Counted from the first letter of the stretch, positions 38,811-48,928 are shown. The stretch: 57,834 nt of DNA from Nanobdellota archaeon (GCA_038046385.1 JBBSWH010000010.1:1-57834), one strand, 5' to 3'. The notes: a model not told the origin generated them from the letters alone. Made by a program: numbers and translations.

Positions 38811-39965
38811 TTAATCCAAAAACTCTATTCCAAGATGCTGCTCAATTTCTTTCTTCTTCTTGTCAGATGCGTTTTTCTTGGTTGAGCCGAATATCTGTGC
38901 TGATTTAACTCCTGTAACGATAAGCATTGTTCTTATTGTTTTTTCCATGTCCTTGTAAATCTGGGCACCCCAGATAACGCGAGCGTCTTCGTCGAGTTTT
39001 TCTGTGATTGTTTCAACGACTTTTCTTGCTTCGTCAAGCGTCATATCCTCTCCTCCAATTACGTTGATTAAAGCGCCGTTTGCGCCGGAAATATCAACAT
39101 CAAGCAACGGATTGTTAATGGCTTTTTCAACAGCTTCTATAGCTCTATTTTCACTGTCTGATTCACCGACACCTATTAATGCGACTCCGCCGCCCTTCAT
39201 AACGGTTCTTATGTCTGCAAAGTCAAGATTGACAAGGCCGGCTTTTGTGACAAGCTCTGCAATCCCTTTAACGGAATTTGTAAGAATCTCATCAGCAACT
39301 TTAAATGCAGTATGAAGCGGCAAGTCAGGTGCCAGTTCAAGCAGTTTATCGTTTGGTATAACTATAAGAGTATCAACAACTTGTTCCATCTTTTCAAGGC
39401 CGACAACAGCATTCTCATATCTTCTGTGACCTTCCATTGAAAATGGCATTGTAACAACACCAACAACTAAAGCACCCATCTTCTTTGCGATTTCAGCAAC
39501 AACTGGCGCGCTTCCGGTGCCTGTTCCTCCGCCAAGGCCGCATGTGACGAATATCATGTCGCATCCCTGCATGGCTTTTTTGATTTCAGATTCTTGCTCC
39601 CTTGCAGCTTCTTCACCAAGCCTTGGCTCTGAACCTGCCCCAAGCCCCTTGGTCAATTCACGTCCAATTAGAATTTTTTTGTTTGCAGTTGTGTAAAGCA
39701 AATCCTGCGCATCTGTGTTGATTGCAATAGTATCGACGCCAACAATGCCTACTTCGGTCATCCTGTTGATTGTGTTGTTGCCACCGCCACCGCACCCAAT
39801 AACTTTTATTGTTGCGCGCTGCTTTGCGAGAAGCTGTTCAAGCTCTGCGTCTATGTCCTGTGTGTCCTTATCTTGGTGAGTATGTTTTCCGCCTATAGAA
39901 AGAAGTTTAGGATTATCTGTGCTTTCATTCTCAGCCTTTATTGCCTGTTCGATTATAGATACCAT
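38811..39965 (-). CDS. ftsZ: Cell division protein FtsZ
   Basis: GCGGGGNN, GLGGGTGTG, NLDFAD. Confidence 0.98.
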   Translation of the reverse strand: MVSIIEQAIKAENESTDNPKLLSIGGKHTHQDKDTQDIDAELEQLLAKQRATIKVIGCGGGGNNTINRMTEVGIVGVDTIAINTDAQDLLYTTANKKILIGRELTKGLGAGSEPRLGEEAAREQESEIKKAMQGCDMIFVTCGLGGGTGTGSAPVVAEIAKKMGALVVGVVTMPFSMEGHRRYENAVVGLEKMEQVVDTLIVIPNDKLLELAPDLPLHTAFKVADEILTNSVKGIAELVTKAGLVNLDFADIRTVMKGGGVALIGVGESDSENRAIEAVEKAINNPLLDVDISGANGALINVIGGEDMTLDEARKVVETITEKLDEDARVIWGAQIYKDMEKTIRTMLIVTGVKSAQIFGSTKKNASDKKKKEIEQHLGIEFLD

Positions 39966-40002
39966 GTTCAATCAAAATTAATTTGTTTTAACTATATAAA
40001 TA

Positions 40003-40665
40003 TTACTTTTTCTCCTTTTCAGCAGTAAAATCAACGGTTTTGATTGAAGGAATTATCCTATTAACAATCTTTACAATTCCCTGCTGGATTTCTTTTGGCA
40101 GATCTACATTCAATGTTATTGTTGCAGCGCCATTGGAAACTTCGACTTTTGGGTCTTTTGCATGAAGCTGTATTTTAAGAAGTGAGATTAATTTTTCTTT
40201 ATCATCCTCTACAATCTTGTTTATTTTGACATCATAAACAAGGTCTTTTCCTGCCAGAGGATGATTAAAGTCAACTAAACAGCGTCCGCCGCTGACGGTT
40301 CTTACAACTCCAAATGAGCCGTCTATGTTCAGCTGCAATCCCGGTATTGGCTGTATTTTTTGCTGCCTGAACTTGCTCATTGGAATTAGCTGTATCATCT
40401 TTGCGTCTTTCTTGCCGAAAGCATCTTCTGCATTTATGCTAAAAGTGTGCTTCTTGCCTGTTTCTTTGCCAACAATCTGGTCTTCAAGGCTTTTCATTAT
40501 GGCGTTTTCTCCAATGCATACGACAAGAGGAGAATAATCGGAGTTTTTATTGTAAAGATTGTGCTCTTTTGCAATTTTTTCTTCTGTTGTGTCAAAAATA
40601 ATGCCCTCGGAGGTCTTCCCAGTATATTCTATTTCAACAAAATCAGATTTTTTGACTGATGCCAT
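40003..40665 (-). CDS. FKBP-type peptidyl-prolyl isomerase (archaeal long SlyD-like)
   Basis: EYTGK...FDTT, AEDAFG, VDFNHPLAGK. Confidence 0.93.
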   Translation of the reverse strand: MASVKKSDFVEIEYTGKTSEGIIFDTTEEKIAKEHNLYNKNSDYSPLVVCIGENAIMKSLEDQIVGKETGKKHTFSINAEDAFGKKDAKMIQLIPMSKFRQQKIQPIPGLQLNIDGSFGVVRTVSGGRCLVDFNHPLAGKDLVYDVKINKIVEDDKEKLISLLKIQLHAKDPKVEVSNGAATITLNVDLPKEIQQGIVKIVNRIIPSIKTVDFTAEKEKK

Positions 40666-41779
40666 ATTAGCGCTGGACAAGAACTTGATATATAAAAGTT
40701 TCTAATGCCTATAAAATTATAAAAAATAGAACCCTTGTTTGTGACAGATGCGCCAAGAAACAGAGTTAAAAATCAACTATGGATATAATCTCTCTGAAGC
40801 AAACCCCTCGCGTCATGCCCGCTAAGTATTGCATATCTTGCAATATGCTCTTCAGCTAACCTTTCAGCAAGCGTTTGCGTTGAAAATCCTCTTCTTTGTT
40901 CGCTAATCTCAAAAATTTGATTTAAAAGTTGCCTTACTCCTTTAACTCTTTCCAGAGGCACTTTTCCATCATATTTGCCTCCAAAGTTTTGCATTACAGA
41001 AGGAAATTCATAAATTAGATTGAGTATGCCTCCAAGATTAACTACAAAATCAGGCGCATAAAGCACGCCATTGTCCTGGAATAATGCTTCGACTGCCTTC
41101 CTTGTATTTTCTTTTCTATCATCAATCTGATTATTTGCGCCTCCGACAATAACCAATTTTTTCCCTCTGTTTGCGCTTAGCATCCTTTCCACAGTTAAAG
41201 GATTAAGAACTTGGCCAACTGCATTTGGGCTAAAAACATCAAAACTTTGATCATACGACTCTTTAGATGGAGCATAATCTGCACTTATGCCTCCTGTCGT
41301 TAAAGAATCAACTTTTTCTCTCGCTCTTTGAGCAACTTCATCTGTAAGTATCAATCTAGCTTGCGGATTTTCTCTGGTGATATAATCTATTAAATATCCG
41401 CCAACCTTGCCAGTTCCTTGTATCAAGATAGTTAATCCATCAAGATTTTCTTTTCCTAATTGATGCTTGACACTTTCAAGCATACCCTCATAAACCCCTC
41501 TGGCTGTAATACGCGAAGGATCTCCAGAACCATCGTTTTCTGCTGACAAACAGGCAACATTGTCAGGAGCAAGACCCGACATATAATCCACGTGTCCTGT
41601 GTGCGTCCCCATATCAGGAGCAAAAACATATTTATCAAGTTTACGAAGAATTGGCCCTATTTTATCCAATACGCGCCTTTCTAAAGATCGCCAAGAGTTC
41701 GTTGGGTCTGTAGCGTAGCGGAAGACCCAATGGTGAATTGGCGGAAAAAACTTATTCTCAATAATTATTGAAATCATTT

Positions 41780-42386
41780 GTAGCACAAACGGCGCGGCTG
41801 CGCCGCCACGTGCTACGGAGAAAAAATGATTCAAGCAGGGTTAAGTAGCTTTAGCTATAAAAAACATCCGGAAGACACAAGAAACAACTGGATAGTTTTT
41901 CAATTTCTTCCAAAATGCAGATACAAATGCTTTAGAAGGCAAAGCGTGATAGATTCGTGCATAGCAGGATTCAAAGAACTCGAAAGATTTGGTTTTGAAT
42001 TTGGTGTTATGGAGTTTCCAGTTGATCATGCTCATCTTTCGGTTAATATTCCGAAGGAATATTCCGTACAGGATGCAGAAATAATGCTTAAAGGCCACTC
42101 AGCAAAGCGCATTTTCGCTGAGCACCCTGGATTCAGAAAGAGATACCCTCGCGGTTCTTTTTGGGCGGGCTATGAGCATCACGAATCCGCCGGAAGAAAA
42201 GATAGGAATCAAGCAGAAGAATACATTAGAAACCAGCTTGAACATCATAATGTAAAAATTATTGATGACAGGCAACGGCATCTTTCTACATTTACCGCCG
42301 AGTGAGATACGGCAAGTCCGAGTCGAGAGGACTTGACGAGGAACGAGGCGGAAGGGGATTATAAGGGGTGCCCCCTTATTTCATTT
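41780..42386 (+). mobile_element. 607-bp tnpA-only IS200/IS605-family element
   Basis: Subterminal hairpins GTAGCAC/GTGCTAC (left) and ATAAGGGG/CCCCTTAT (right); TCATTT at both junctions (41774, 42381). Confidence 0.9.
41826..42305 (+). CDS. tnpA: Y1 HUH transposase TnpA
   Basis: DHAHL (HUH), LKGHSAK, SFWAGY, catalytic EYIRNQ. Confidence 0.93.
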   Translation: MIQAGLSSFSYKKHPEDTRNNWIVFQFLPKCRYKCFRRQSVIDSCIAGFKELERFGFEFGVMEFPVDHAHLSVNIPKEYSVQDAEIMLKGHSAKRIFAEHPGFRKRYPRGSFWAGYEHHESAGRKDRNQAEEYIRNQLEHHNVKIIDDRQRHLSTFTAE

Positions 42387-42996
42387 CAGATAAAGGCTGG
42401 CCAATTGGCGAAAAATTTCCTAGGTCGTAATGGTGGTCATGTAAAACCGATTTTCCTCCTCCAATTCTGGAAGCGTTTACTTCTTCAATAGATGCAGCAT
42501 TTTCTAATGTCATTGAGCTAAGCATTAAATTAAGAATTGCCCATTTATGGCTCATGCCTCTTGCCAGTTTATTGGCATCCATTAAGGCAGCTTCTTCATT
42601 GTCATAGCCTTTCCACCTAACACCCCCTAAGTACAGGCCATTTGGAGAAATGATTGTATTATTTCTAACTACATAAATAATTCTGCCATCTCCCAAGTCT
42701 TGAGTATATACACTTTCCGGTTGCCTAAGAAGCGAATTAACAGTCTGGTCAAGCCTTTCTTTTATTTGTGGTCCGGGTATAGAACTAATACTAGTATTCC
42801 CAGTAAGCATCATTTCCTTTAAATCATCCACTGATAAATTGCTTTGGATATTTACCATTTTTACAAAAACCCATACTCAAGAAATCAGTTTTATTTATAA
42901 GCTTTTCTCTTTTTACTATTACAAAGTGGTTATTATTTAAATTTAAGACCTTAAATCACAATCTTTAAATATGATTGCATGTCCCTTAGTCTTTTA

Positions 42997-43914
42997 ATGG
43001 ACTTCAAAAATCGGGATATAATATCGATTAACGATTTCTCAAAGGAAGAGCTTCTCTACGTTTTAAAAGTTGCAAGGCAGATTGAAAGCAAGCCAAGGAG
43101 CAATATTCTAAAAGGAAAGATAATGGCAGCATTATTCTTTGAGCCGTCAACAAGGACAAGGTTGAGCTTTACGTCTTCAATGGAGCAGCTGGGTGGCGAA
43201 GTAATCGGATTTTCTTCCTCAAACGTCACTTCAACACAGAAAGGCGAGTCCTTGTGGGACACGATAAAGATGACAGAGCAGTATGCTGATTTAATAGTAA
43301 TAAGACACCCTCTTGAAGGCTCTGCAAGGCTTGCGGCAGAGGCAGCCAACATTCCTGTAATCAACGGAGGGGATGGGGCAAACCAGCACCCAACACAGAC
43401 ACTTCTTGATATGTACACAATCCAGAAAATAAAAGGCAAACTTGATAATTTGCACATCGGATTTGTAGGCGACTTGAAATACGGAAGAACGGTGCATTCA
43501 CTTGCGATTGCACTGTCACATTTTAACCCAACGTTCTACTTCATAGCGCCGGATGAGCTTCAGATGCCTGAAAACTATCTTGACGCTTTGTTCGAGAAAA
43601 AAATAAGATATCACAAAACAAGCGATTTGGGAAGGTTCAGCAAAGAATTGGATGTGCTGTATGTAACAAGAATACAAAAAGAAAGATTTCCTGATCCGCT
43701 GGAATACGAAAAATTCAAGGGAGTGTATACAATAGACGAGCAGTTTTTGCAGAATGTAAAGAAAGACATGAAGATATTGCATCCTCTTCCAAGGGTGGGC
43801 GAGATAGACAAGGACGTTGACAAGACGCCGCATGCAGCTTACTTTGAGCAGGCGGCAAACGGAATACCTGTAAGAAAAGCGCTACTAGCACTTGTGCTGG
43901 GTAAGGTCAAGTAA
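42997..43914 (+). CDS. pyrB: Aspartate carbamoyltransferase catalytic subunit
   Basis: FFEPSTRTRLSF, HPTQTLLD, GDLKYGRTVHS, HPLPR. Confidence 0.97.
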   Translation: MDFKNRDIISINDFSKEELLYVLKVARQIESKPRSNILKGKIMAALFFEPSTRTRLSFTSSMEQLGGEVIGFSSSNVTSTQKGESLWDTIKMTEQYADLIVIRHPLEGSARLAAEAANIPVINGGDGANQHPTQTLLDMYTIQKIKGKLDNLHIGFVGDLKYGRTVHSLAIALSHFNPTFYFIAPDELQMPENYLDALFEKKIRYHKTSDLGRFSKELDVLYVTRIQKERFPDPLEYEKFKGVYTIDEQFLQNVKKDMKILHPLPRVGEIDKDVDKTPHAAYFEQAANGIPVRKALLALVLGKVK

Positions 43915-43915
43915 A

Positions 43916-43956
43916 GTGGAACAAGTTCCACAAACATTTTCGTAGAACTCAAATGT
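43916..43956 (-). repeat. REP-like palindromic element (family B)
   Basis: ACATTT-GA-GT-TCT-AC-GA-AAATGT, then TTGT-GGAAC-TT-GTTCC-AC. Confidence 0.6.
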
Positions 43957-43958
43957 AA

Positions 43959-44498
43959 ATGGCAAGAAAAAAAGAAAAAAAAGGAAGAAAACTGAAAGTG
44001 AAAATTAAGCCAAAGAAAGCAGACCTTAATTTTCATAAGGAAGAATCTAAAAGAGAGCTTAAGATAAGTGCGATTGAAGAGGGAACTGTTATAGACCACA
44101 TTCCTGCTGATGCAACTTTCAAGGTTGTAGAAATACTAAAACTAAATGAAATCAAGGGAGTTGTATCAATAGCAACAAACCTGCAGAGCAAGAGCCTCGG
44201 AAAAAAAGGAATAGTAAAGGTTGCAGGAAAAAGCCTGACGCAAGAAGAAGTCAACAAGATTGCGATTGTAGCGCCTGATGCTACTGTCAACATAATCAAG
44301 AGTTACAATGTAAAGGAAAAGATAAAAGTAAAAACTCCGGAAATGCTTGATAATGTAATAAAATGCTCAAGCCCGGTGTGCATAACAAACCATGAACAGG
44401 TCCCAACAAAATTTTATGTTGTGAAAAAAGATCCGTTGCTTATCAAATGCCATTACTGCGAAAGGATGATGACGAAGGATGACATAGAGATAAGATGA
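43959..44498 (+). CDS. pyrI: Aspartate carbamoyltransferase regulatory subunit (Lys-rich N-terminal extension)
   Basis: IEEGTVIDHI, APDATVNII, CSSPVCITN, CHYCE. Confidence 0.96.
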   Translation: MARKKEKKGRKLKVKIKPKKADLNFHKEESKRELKISAIEEGTVIDHIPADATFKVVEILKLNEIKGVVSIATNLQSKSLGKKGIVKVAGKSLTQEEVNKIAIVAPDATVNIIKSYNVKEKIKVKTPEMLDNVIKCSSPVCITNHEQVPTKFYVVKKDPLLIKCHYCERMMTKDDIEIR

Positions 44499-44508
44499 CA
44501 ATTTTAAA

Positions 44509-45411
44509 ATGCTCCAAACAAAGCTGTGCAATCTAAAGTTAAAAAACCCTACAATTCTAGCTTCAGGAATTCTCGGCGTCACAAAACAAAGTGTTGACAG
44601 GATAGGAAAATTAGGCGCAGGAGCCGTAACATTAAAATCAATCTGCCACGAGGAGCGATTTGGCAACAAGAATCCGACAATGTTTGCCGACAAAGAAGTT
44701 TTTCTGAATGCGGTTGGATTAACAGGGCAGGGAATCGATTCTGCGATAAAAGATTTTGGAAGGCTTGATAATATTAGCGTGCCTGTAATTGGAAGCATTT
44801 TCGGCTATAGGGTTGAACAGTTTGGAGATGTTGCAAGGAAGATGGCAACTTTGAAGCCTGCAATGATTGAAGTCGATATATCATGCCCTCACCTTGATTA
44901 CGGAAAGCCGTATCATGCTGATTCGAATCTTGCGGCACAGGTCACAAGCATTGTGAAAAAGAATGCTGGAAAGATCCCCGTGAGCGTCAAATTAAGCCCT
45001 AATGTTTCTGATATCAAAGAGATTGCGCATGCTGTTGAAAAAGCAGGGGCTGATGCGATAACTGCAATCAATACAGCAACAGGGATGCTGATTGATATCG
45101 GTGCCAGAAAGCCAGTGCTTGCAAATAAAATGGGCGGGTTATCGGGGCCTGCATTAAAGCCGATTGCAGTAAGGTGTGTGTATGAAATTTATGAAACTGT
45201 AAAAATACCTATAATTGGGACTGGCGGAGTAACTTACGGGAAAGATGCTATTGAGATGATAATGGCAGGCGCAACCGGCGTTGGAATCGGAACTGCTGTT
45301 TATTATAGGGGAAATAATGTTTTCAAGAAAGTTTGCGATGAAATGGAAGCATGGATGAAGAAAAATAAAGTCAAGAATCTGGACGAGATAAGGGGATGTG
45401 CGCACAAATAA
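44509..45411 (+). CDS. pyrD: Dihydroorotate dehydrogenase family 1B catalytic subunit
   Basis: NPTILASG, ISCPH, KLSPN, INT, GGLSG, GTGG. Confidence 0.95.
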   Translation: MLQTKLCNLKLKNPTILASGILGVTKQSVDRIGKLGAGAVTLKSICHEERFGNKNPTMFADKEVFLNAVGLTGQGIDSAIKDFGRLDNISVPVIGSIFGYRVEQFGDVARKMATLKPAMIEVDISCPHLDYGKPYHADSNLAAQVTSIVKKNAGKIPVSVKLSPNVSDIKEIAHAVEKAGADAITAINTATGMLIDIGARKPVLANKMGGLSGPALKPIAVRCVYEIYETVKIPIIGTGGVTYGKDAIEMIMAGATGVGIGTAVYYRGNNVFKKVCDEMEAWMKKNKVKNLDEIRGCAHK

Positions 45412-45428
45412 TTTTGAGTAAATAAATA

Positions 45429-45476
45429 GGCGAGCAATGGGGCGAGCCAATATTTTGTGCCGAAGGCACGGAAAAA
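45429..45476 (+). repeat. REP-like palindromic element (family B)
   Basis: GGC-GA-GC...GC-GA-GCC, then TTTGT-GCCGAAGGC-ACGGAA. Confidence 0.7.
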
Positions 45477-45529
45477 CTCAATAACGAATAACATTAAACA
45501 AAATATAATAATCAAATAAAAAACTAAAA

Positions 45530-46333
45530 ATGAACTGCGAAGAAACATGCTGCAAAAGAGACATTCCGCAAATGATGGAAATTGCTGATGTTGTAAAAGA
45601 AGGCAAAGACCAGAAATCTTTTTTCTTCAAAAAATCTATTGAATGCAAGCCAGGCCAGTTTATCATGGTGTGGGTACCTGGCATTGACGAGAAGCCGATG
45701 GCTGTTTCTTATCATTCCAAAAAAGAATTTGCATTCACGTGCCATTCAATAGGCAAGGCAACCAATGCGCTCTTAAGCATGAAGAAGGGCGACAAGCTCG
45801 GGATAAGGGGACCTTACGGAAATTCTTTTTCTGTTAAGAAAAATTCATTGATTGTTGCCGGCGGAATAGGGATAGCATCAGTTGCAACGCTTATTGAGAT
45901 GTCAAAAAATTCAACTGTGGTTTATGGGGCAAGAAGCAAAGAGTATCTGATATACACCAAGAGATTCAAAAACATGATAGTTACAACAGATGATGGCTCT
46001 TTTGGAAGAAAAGGATTTACAACAGAGCCTGTTGAAGAAATATTAAGGGAAAAGAAGATAAAATTAGTCCAGGCATGCGGACCTGAAATAATGATGAAGA
46101 AAATTCTTGAAATATGCAACAAGCACAAAGTTGAATGCGAAGCTTCTGTTGAAAGATACATGTCATGCGGCTTTGGCATCTGCGGCAAGTGCATGGTGGA
46201 TGACAAAATAGTGTGCATGGACGGGCCAATATTCAATTCAAAACAGCTTAATTCATTGAAAGAATTCGGAAACTTCGCAAGACTAAGAAGCGGAAGGAAA
46301 GTAGATTTAAAAGAATATCATAGCGTGCATTAA
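45530..46333 (+). CDS. pyrK: Dihydroorotate dehydrogenase electron transfer subunit
   Basis: PGQFIMVW, IRGPYGN, AGGIG, CGPE, CGFGICGKC, CMDGP. Confidence 0.95.
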   Translation: MNCEETCCKRDIPQMMEIADVVKEGKDQKSFFFKKSIECKPGQFIMVWVPGIDEKPMAVSYHSKKEFAFTCHSIGKATNALLSMKKGDKLGIRGPYGNSFSVKKNSLIVAGGIGIASVATLIEMSKNSTVVYGARSKEYLIYTKRFKNMIVTTDDGSFGRKGFTTEPVEEILREKKIKLVQACGPEIMMKKILEICNKHKVECEASVERYMSCGFGICGKCMVDDKIVCMDGPIFNSKQLNSLKEFGNFARLRSGRKVDLKEYHSVH

Positions 46334-46340
46334 AGATTTC

Positions 46341-46673
46341 TTAATTCTTAACTTCTTTCTCAACCTTCATTCTTTTGAACTCTTCATTTATCAGCTTGTC
46401 AAACAGTTCAACTACACTCTTTACATAAGAATTTTTTACATTCAGCTTGAACAATTTTGCATTTCCTATGTTCCTCGTATGCGCAACCAGCTTTGATTTT
46501 TCAATTTCAGGCCATAGCCTAAACAAAGTAACTCTGTTTATGCCTGCTCCTTCTGCTATGTCACCTATAGAATGATCCAGCTCCCTTCCTTCCAGCAGGT
46601 ATTCCAAAACCCTTACTTTTGGAGTGTCTCCAAATAATTCCCTAAATATTGTTGTTTCGTCCTGGAATTTCAT
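46341..46673 (-). CDS. Winged-helix DNA-binding protein
   Basis: LFGDTPKVRVLEYLL...SIGDIAEGAGINRVTL...TRNIGNAKLFKLN. Confidence 0.85.
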   Translation of the reverse strand: MKFQDETTIFRELFGDTPKVRVLEYLLEGRELDHSIGDIAEGAGINRVTLFRLWPEIEKSKLVAHTRNIGNAKLFKLNVKNSYVKSVVELFDKLINEEFKRMKVEKEVKN

Positions 46674-46775
46674 ATTTGCTATGAAACTCAACTGATATAT
46701 AAATATTTCTATTTTGTAATGTTAGCATTACATATTTGCAACAAATCAGCAAACTTTAAATAGATAACTAACAAC

Positions 46776-47057
46776 ATGACTGGCATGGCAAAGCTGGATT
46801 TAGCAGAAATAACCGACATACAAAAAAAGATGATAAGAATGCTAAAAAACAAGAGAAAATTTGGAGGAGCGCATACAGAAACCATTCATTTAAGAAACTG
46901 CGTGCCAAAACATTTAAGAGGAGAGAAAATTGTTGACATCTCAATAAATGATTTGTTCCAAAAACAAATACTGATTAACAAGCAATCAACAGGCGAAAAG
47001 CATTGCAGCCTGAACACTGCCAAGCTAAAAGAAATAGAAGAAATAGAAAACGCTTAA
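46776..47057 (+). CDS. Small basic hypothetical protein (GGAHT motif)
   Basis: 93 aa; own TATA at about 46755; ends 1 nt before pyrC. Confidence 0.7.
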   Translation: MTGMAKLDLAEITDIQKKMIRMLKNKRKFGGAHTETIHLRNCVPKHLRGEKIVDISINDLFQKQILINKQSTGEKHCSLNTAKLKEIEEIENA

Positions 47058-47058
47058 A

Positions 47059-48264
47059 ATGTCACTATTAATAAAAAACTGCAGGATAATTGTAAAAGAC
47101 AAGATGTATGCTAAGAATATCCTGATAAAGAACGGAAAAATATCCAAAATAACTAGCAAAGAACCGAAAGCAAATTCTATACTGGATGCAAAGAACAACT
47201 TTGCGATGCCTGGACTAATAGATGCGCACGTTCATTTCAGAGAACCCGGATTAACGCACAAGGAAGACTTTCTAACAGGATCTATGGCTGCTGCCAAAGG
47301 CGGAATTACAACAATTATTGACATGCCCAACACGATTCCAAATACAATAACAGTTGAAGCGCTTGAAGAAAAAAGAATGCTTGCAAAAAAATCAATTGTA
47401 AACTATGGCTTTCATTTTGGAGCAACAACTGACAATCTTGACGAGATAAGAAGGGCAAAGAACATTGCTGCTGTCAAGATTTACATGGACCACACCACAG
47501 GCGATATGCAGATGGACGATGAAGAGTCAATCAAAGACATCTTAAACCTGTCAAAGATGACAATTGTGCATGCTGAAGGAGAGCATGTGAAGAAAGTTGT
47601 TGATATCATGATAAAATACAAGATAAAAAATAAACTGCATGTTGCGCATACAAGCTCCGAAGAAGAATTAAATTATGCAAAACATAACCAAATAAAAAAC
47701 CAAATCTCTGTTGAAGTTGTGCCGCAGCATCTGTTCATGAACAAAAGCAGCCTGCAGGAGCTTGGCTCGTTTGCAGAGATGAAACCAAGATTGAAGACAG
47801 AGAATGACCAGAAAGCATTGTGGGACGGAATTGCAAACGGAACAGTCGATACAATTGCAACAGACCATGCGCCTCACCTGAAGGAAGAAAAAGAAAAGGC
47901 AAACTACCCTTTTGGAATTCCAGGAGAAGAAACCCTGCTCCCTTTGATGCTTGATGCTTCCAACAGAAATCTTATAACTCTTCCAAAAATAATAGAGCTT
48001 TGCTGCGAAAACCCTGCAAAGATTTTTAAGATAAAAAACAAGGGATTTTTGAAAGAAGGATATGACGCAGACATTGTAATCGTTGACCTTGGCAAAAGGC
48101 AGATGGTGAGGGAAGAAGATTTGCTGACAAAATGCAAGTGGAGCCCTTTCTCCGGCAAAATATTAAAAGGATGGCCTGTAACAACCATTGTAAACGGGAA
48201 CATAGCTTATGATGATGGAAAAATATTTGATATAAAAGCAAAAGAGGTGCAGTATGACAAATAA
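47059..48264 (+). CDS. pyrC: Dihydroorotase
   Basis: PGLIDAHVHFREPG, DMPNT, HAE, TDHAPH, KCKWSPF. Confidence 0.95.
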   Translation: MSLLIKNCRIIVKDKMYAKNILIKNGKISKITSKEPKANSILDAKNNFAMPGLIDAHVHFREPGLTHKEDFLTGSMAAAKGGITTIIDMPNTIPNTITVEALEEKRMLAKKSIVNYGFHFGATTDNLDEIRRAKNIAAVKIYMDHTTGDMQMDDEESIKDILNLSKMTIVHAEGEHVKKVVDIMIKYKIKNKLHVAHTSSEEELNYAKHNQIKNQISVEVVPQHLFMNKSSLQELGSFAEMKPRLKTENDQKALWDGIANGTVDTIATDHAPHLKEEKEKANYPFGIPGEETLLPLMLDASNRNLITLPKIIELCCENPAKIFKIKNKGFLKEGYDADIVIVDLGKRQMVREEDLLTKCKWSPFSGKILKGWPVTTIVNGNIAYDDGKIFDIKAKEVQYDK

Positions 48265-48928
48265 AGCTGACGAAATAAAGCCGAACAAAGTTCAGCAAAT
48301 TTCCTCAACTAAAGTTTCGGAAATACTCCTGAAAATAAAAGCTGTTTCATTAAGAACAAATCCCCCTTTTACGTGGGCGTCCGGCATTTTGTCCCCTATC
48401 TATACTGACAACAGGATTATTATGAGCTATCCTAAAGAGCGCGAGTTTATTGTGAATTCTTTTGTTAAAATGATCAAAAAGAACAAGATAAAGTTTGACG
48501 GGTTTGCAGCGACTGCCACTGCAGGAATCACATGGGGTGCATGGCTTGCGCAGAAAACAAAAAAGCCGATGGTTTACGTAAGATCAGAATCGAAATCACA
48601 CGGAAAAGAAAACAAATTAGAAGGGGTTGTTGAGGCTGGCAAGAGATATATTGTTGTTGAAGATTTGATAAGCACCGGCGGAAGCTCGATAAACACAATA
48701 AATACAGTGCGCGAAAAAAACGGGATTGTGGAATACTGCGTTGCAATCTTCACTTATGAACTTAAAAAATCACAGGAAAATTTTTCAAATGTTAACGTAA
48801 AATTATTGACACTGACAAATTTCTCCAGCCTGATAAAGACAGCGGCGCAGAAAAAATACATAGCAAAAGACCAATTAAACCATATAATGGACTGGAAAAA
48901 GAATCCTGAAGGGTGGGTTGTTATATAA
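48254..48928 (+). CDS. pyrE: Orotate phosphoribosyltransferase
   Basis: PFTWASGILSPIYTDNR, VYVRSESKSHG, VVEDLISTGGS. Confidence 0.96.
   Translation: MTNKADEIKPNKVQQISSTKVSEILLKIKAVSLRTNPPFTWASGILSPIYTDNRIIMSYPKEREFIVNSFVKMIKKNKIKFDGFAATATAGITWGAWLAQKTKKPMVYVRSESKSHGKENKLEGVVEAGKRYIVVEDLISTGGSSINTINTVREKNGIVEYCVAIFTYELKKSQENFSNVNVKLLTLTNFSSLIKTAAQKKYIAKDQLNHIMDWKKNPEGWVVI

Larger units (their letters stand above)
40773..42858 (-). pseudogene. Leu/Phe/Val dehydrogenase-family gene split by an IS200-like element
   Basis: LGGVRW...LARGMSHK, GGGKSV in the 5' part; APDMGT, GDPSRITARGV, GTGKVG, GGANNQ, APDFVVNLGG in the 3' part. Removing 607 bp restores ...PLSEMISIIIEN... (492 aa). Confidence 0.9.

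Noticed and set aside
42305-42386. TnpB/omegaRNA locus or IStron
   Set aside because: No tnpB/iscB ORF or group I core visible, and the element is antisense to the host gene.
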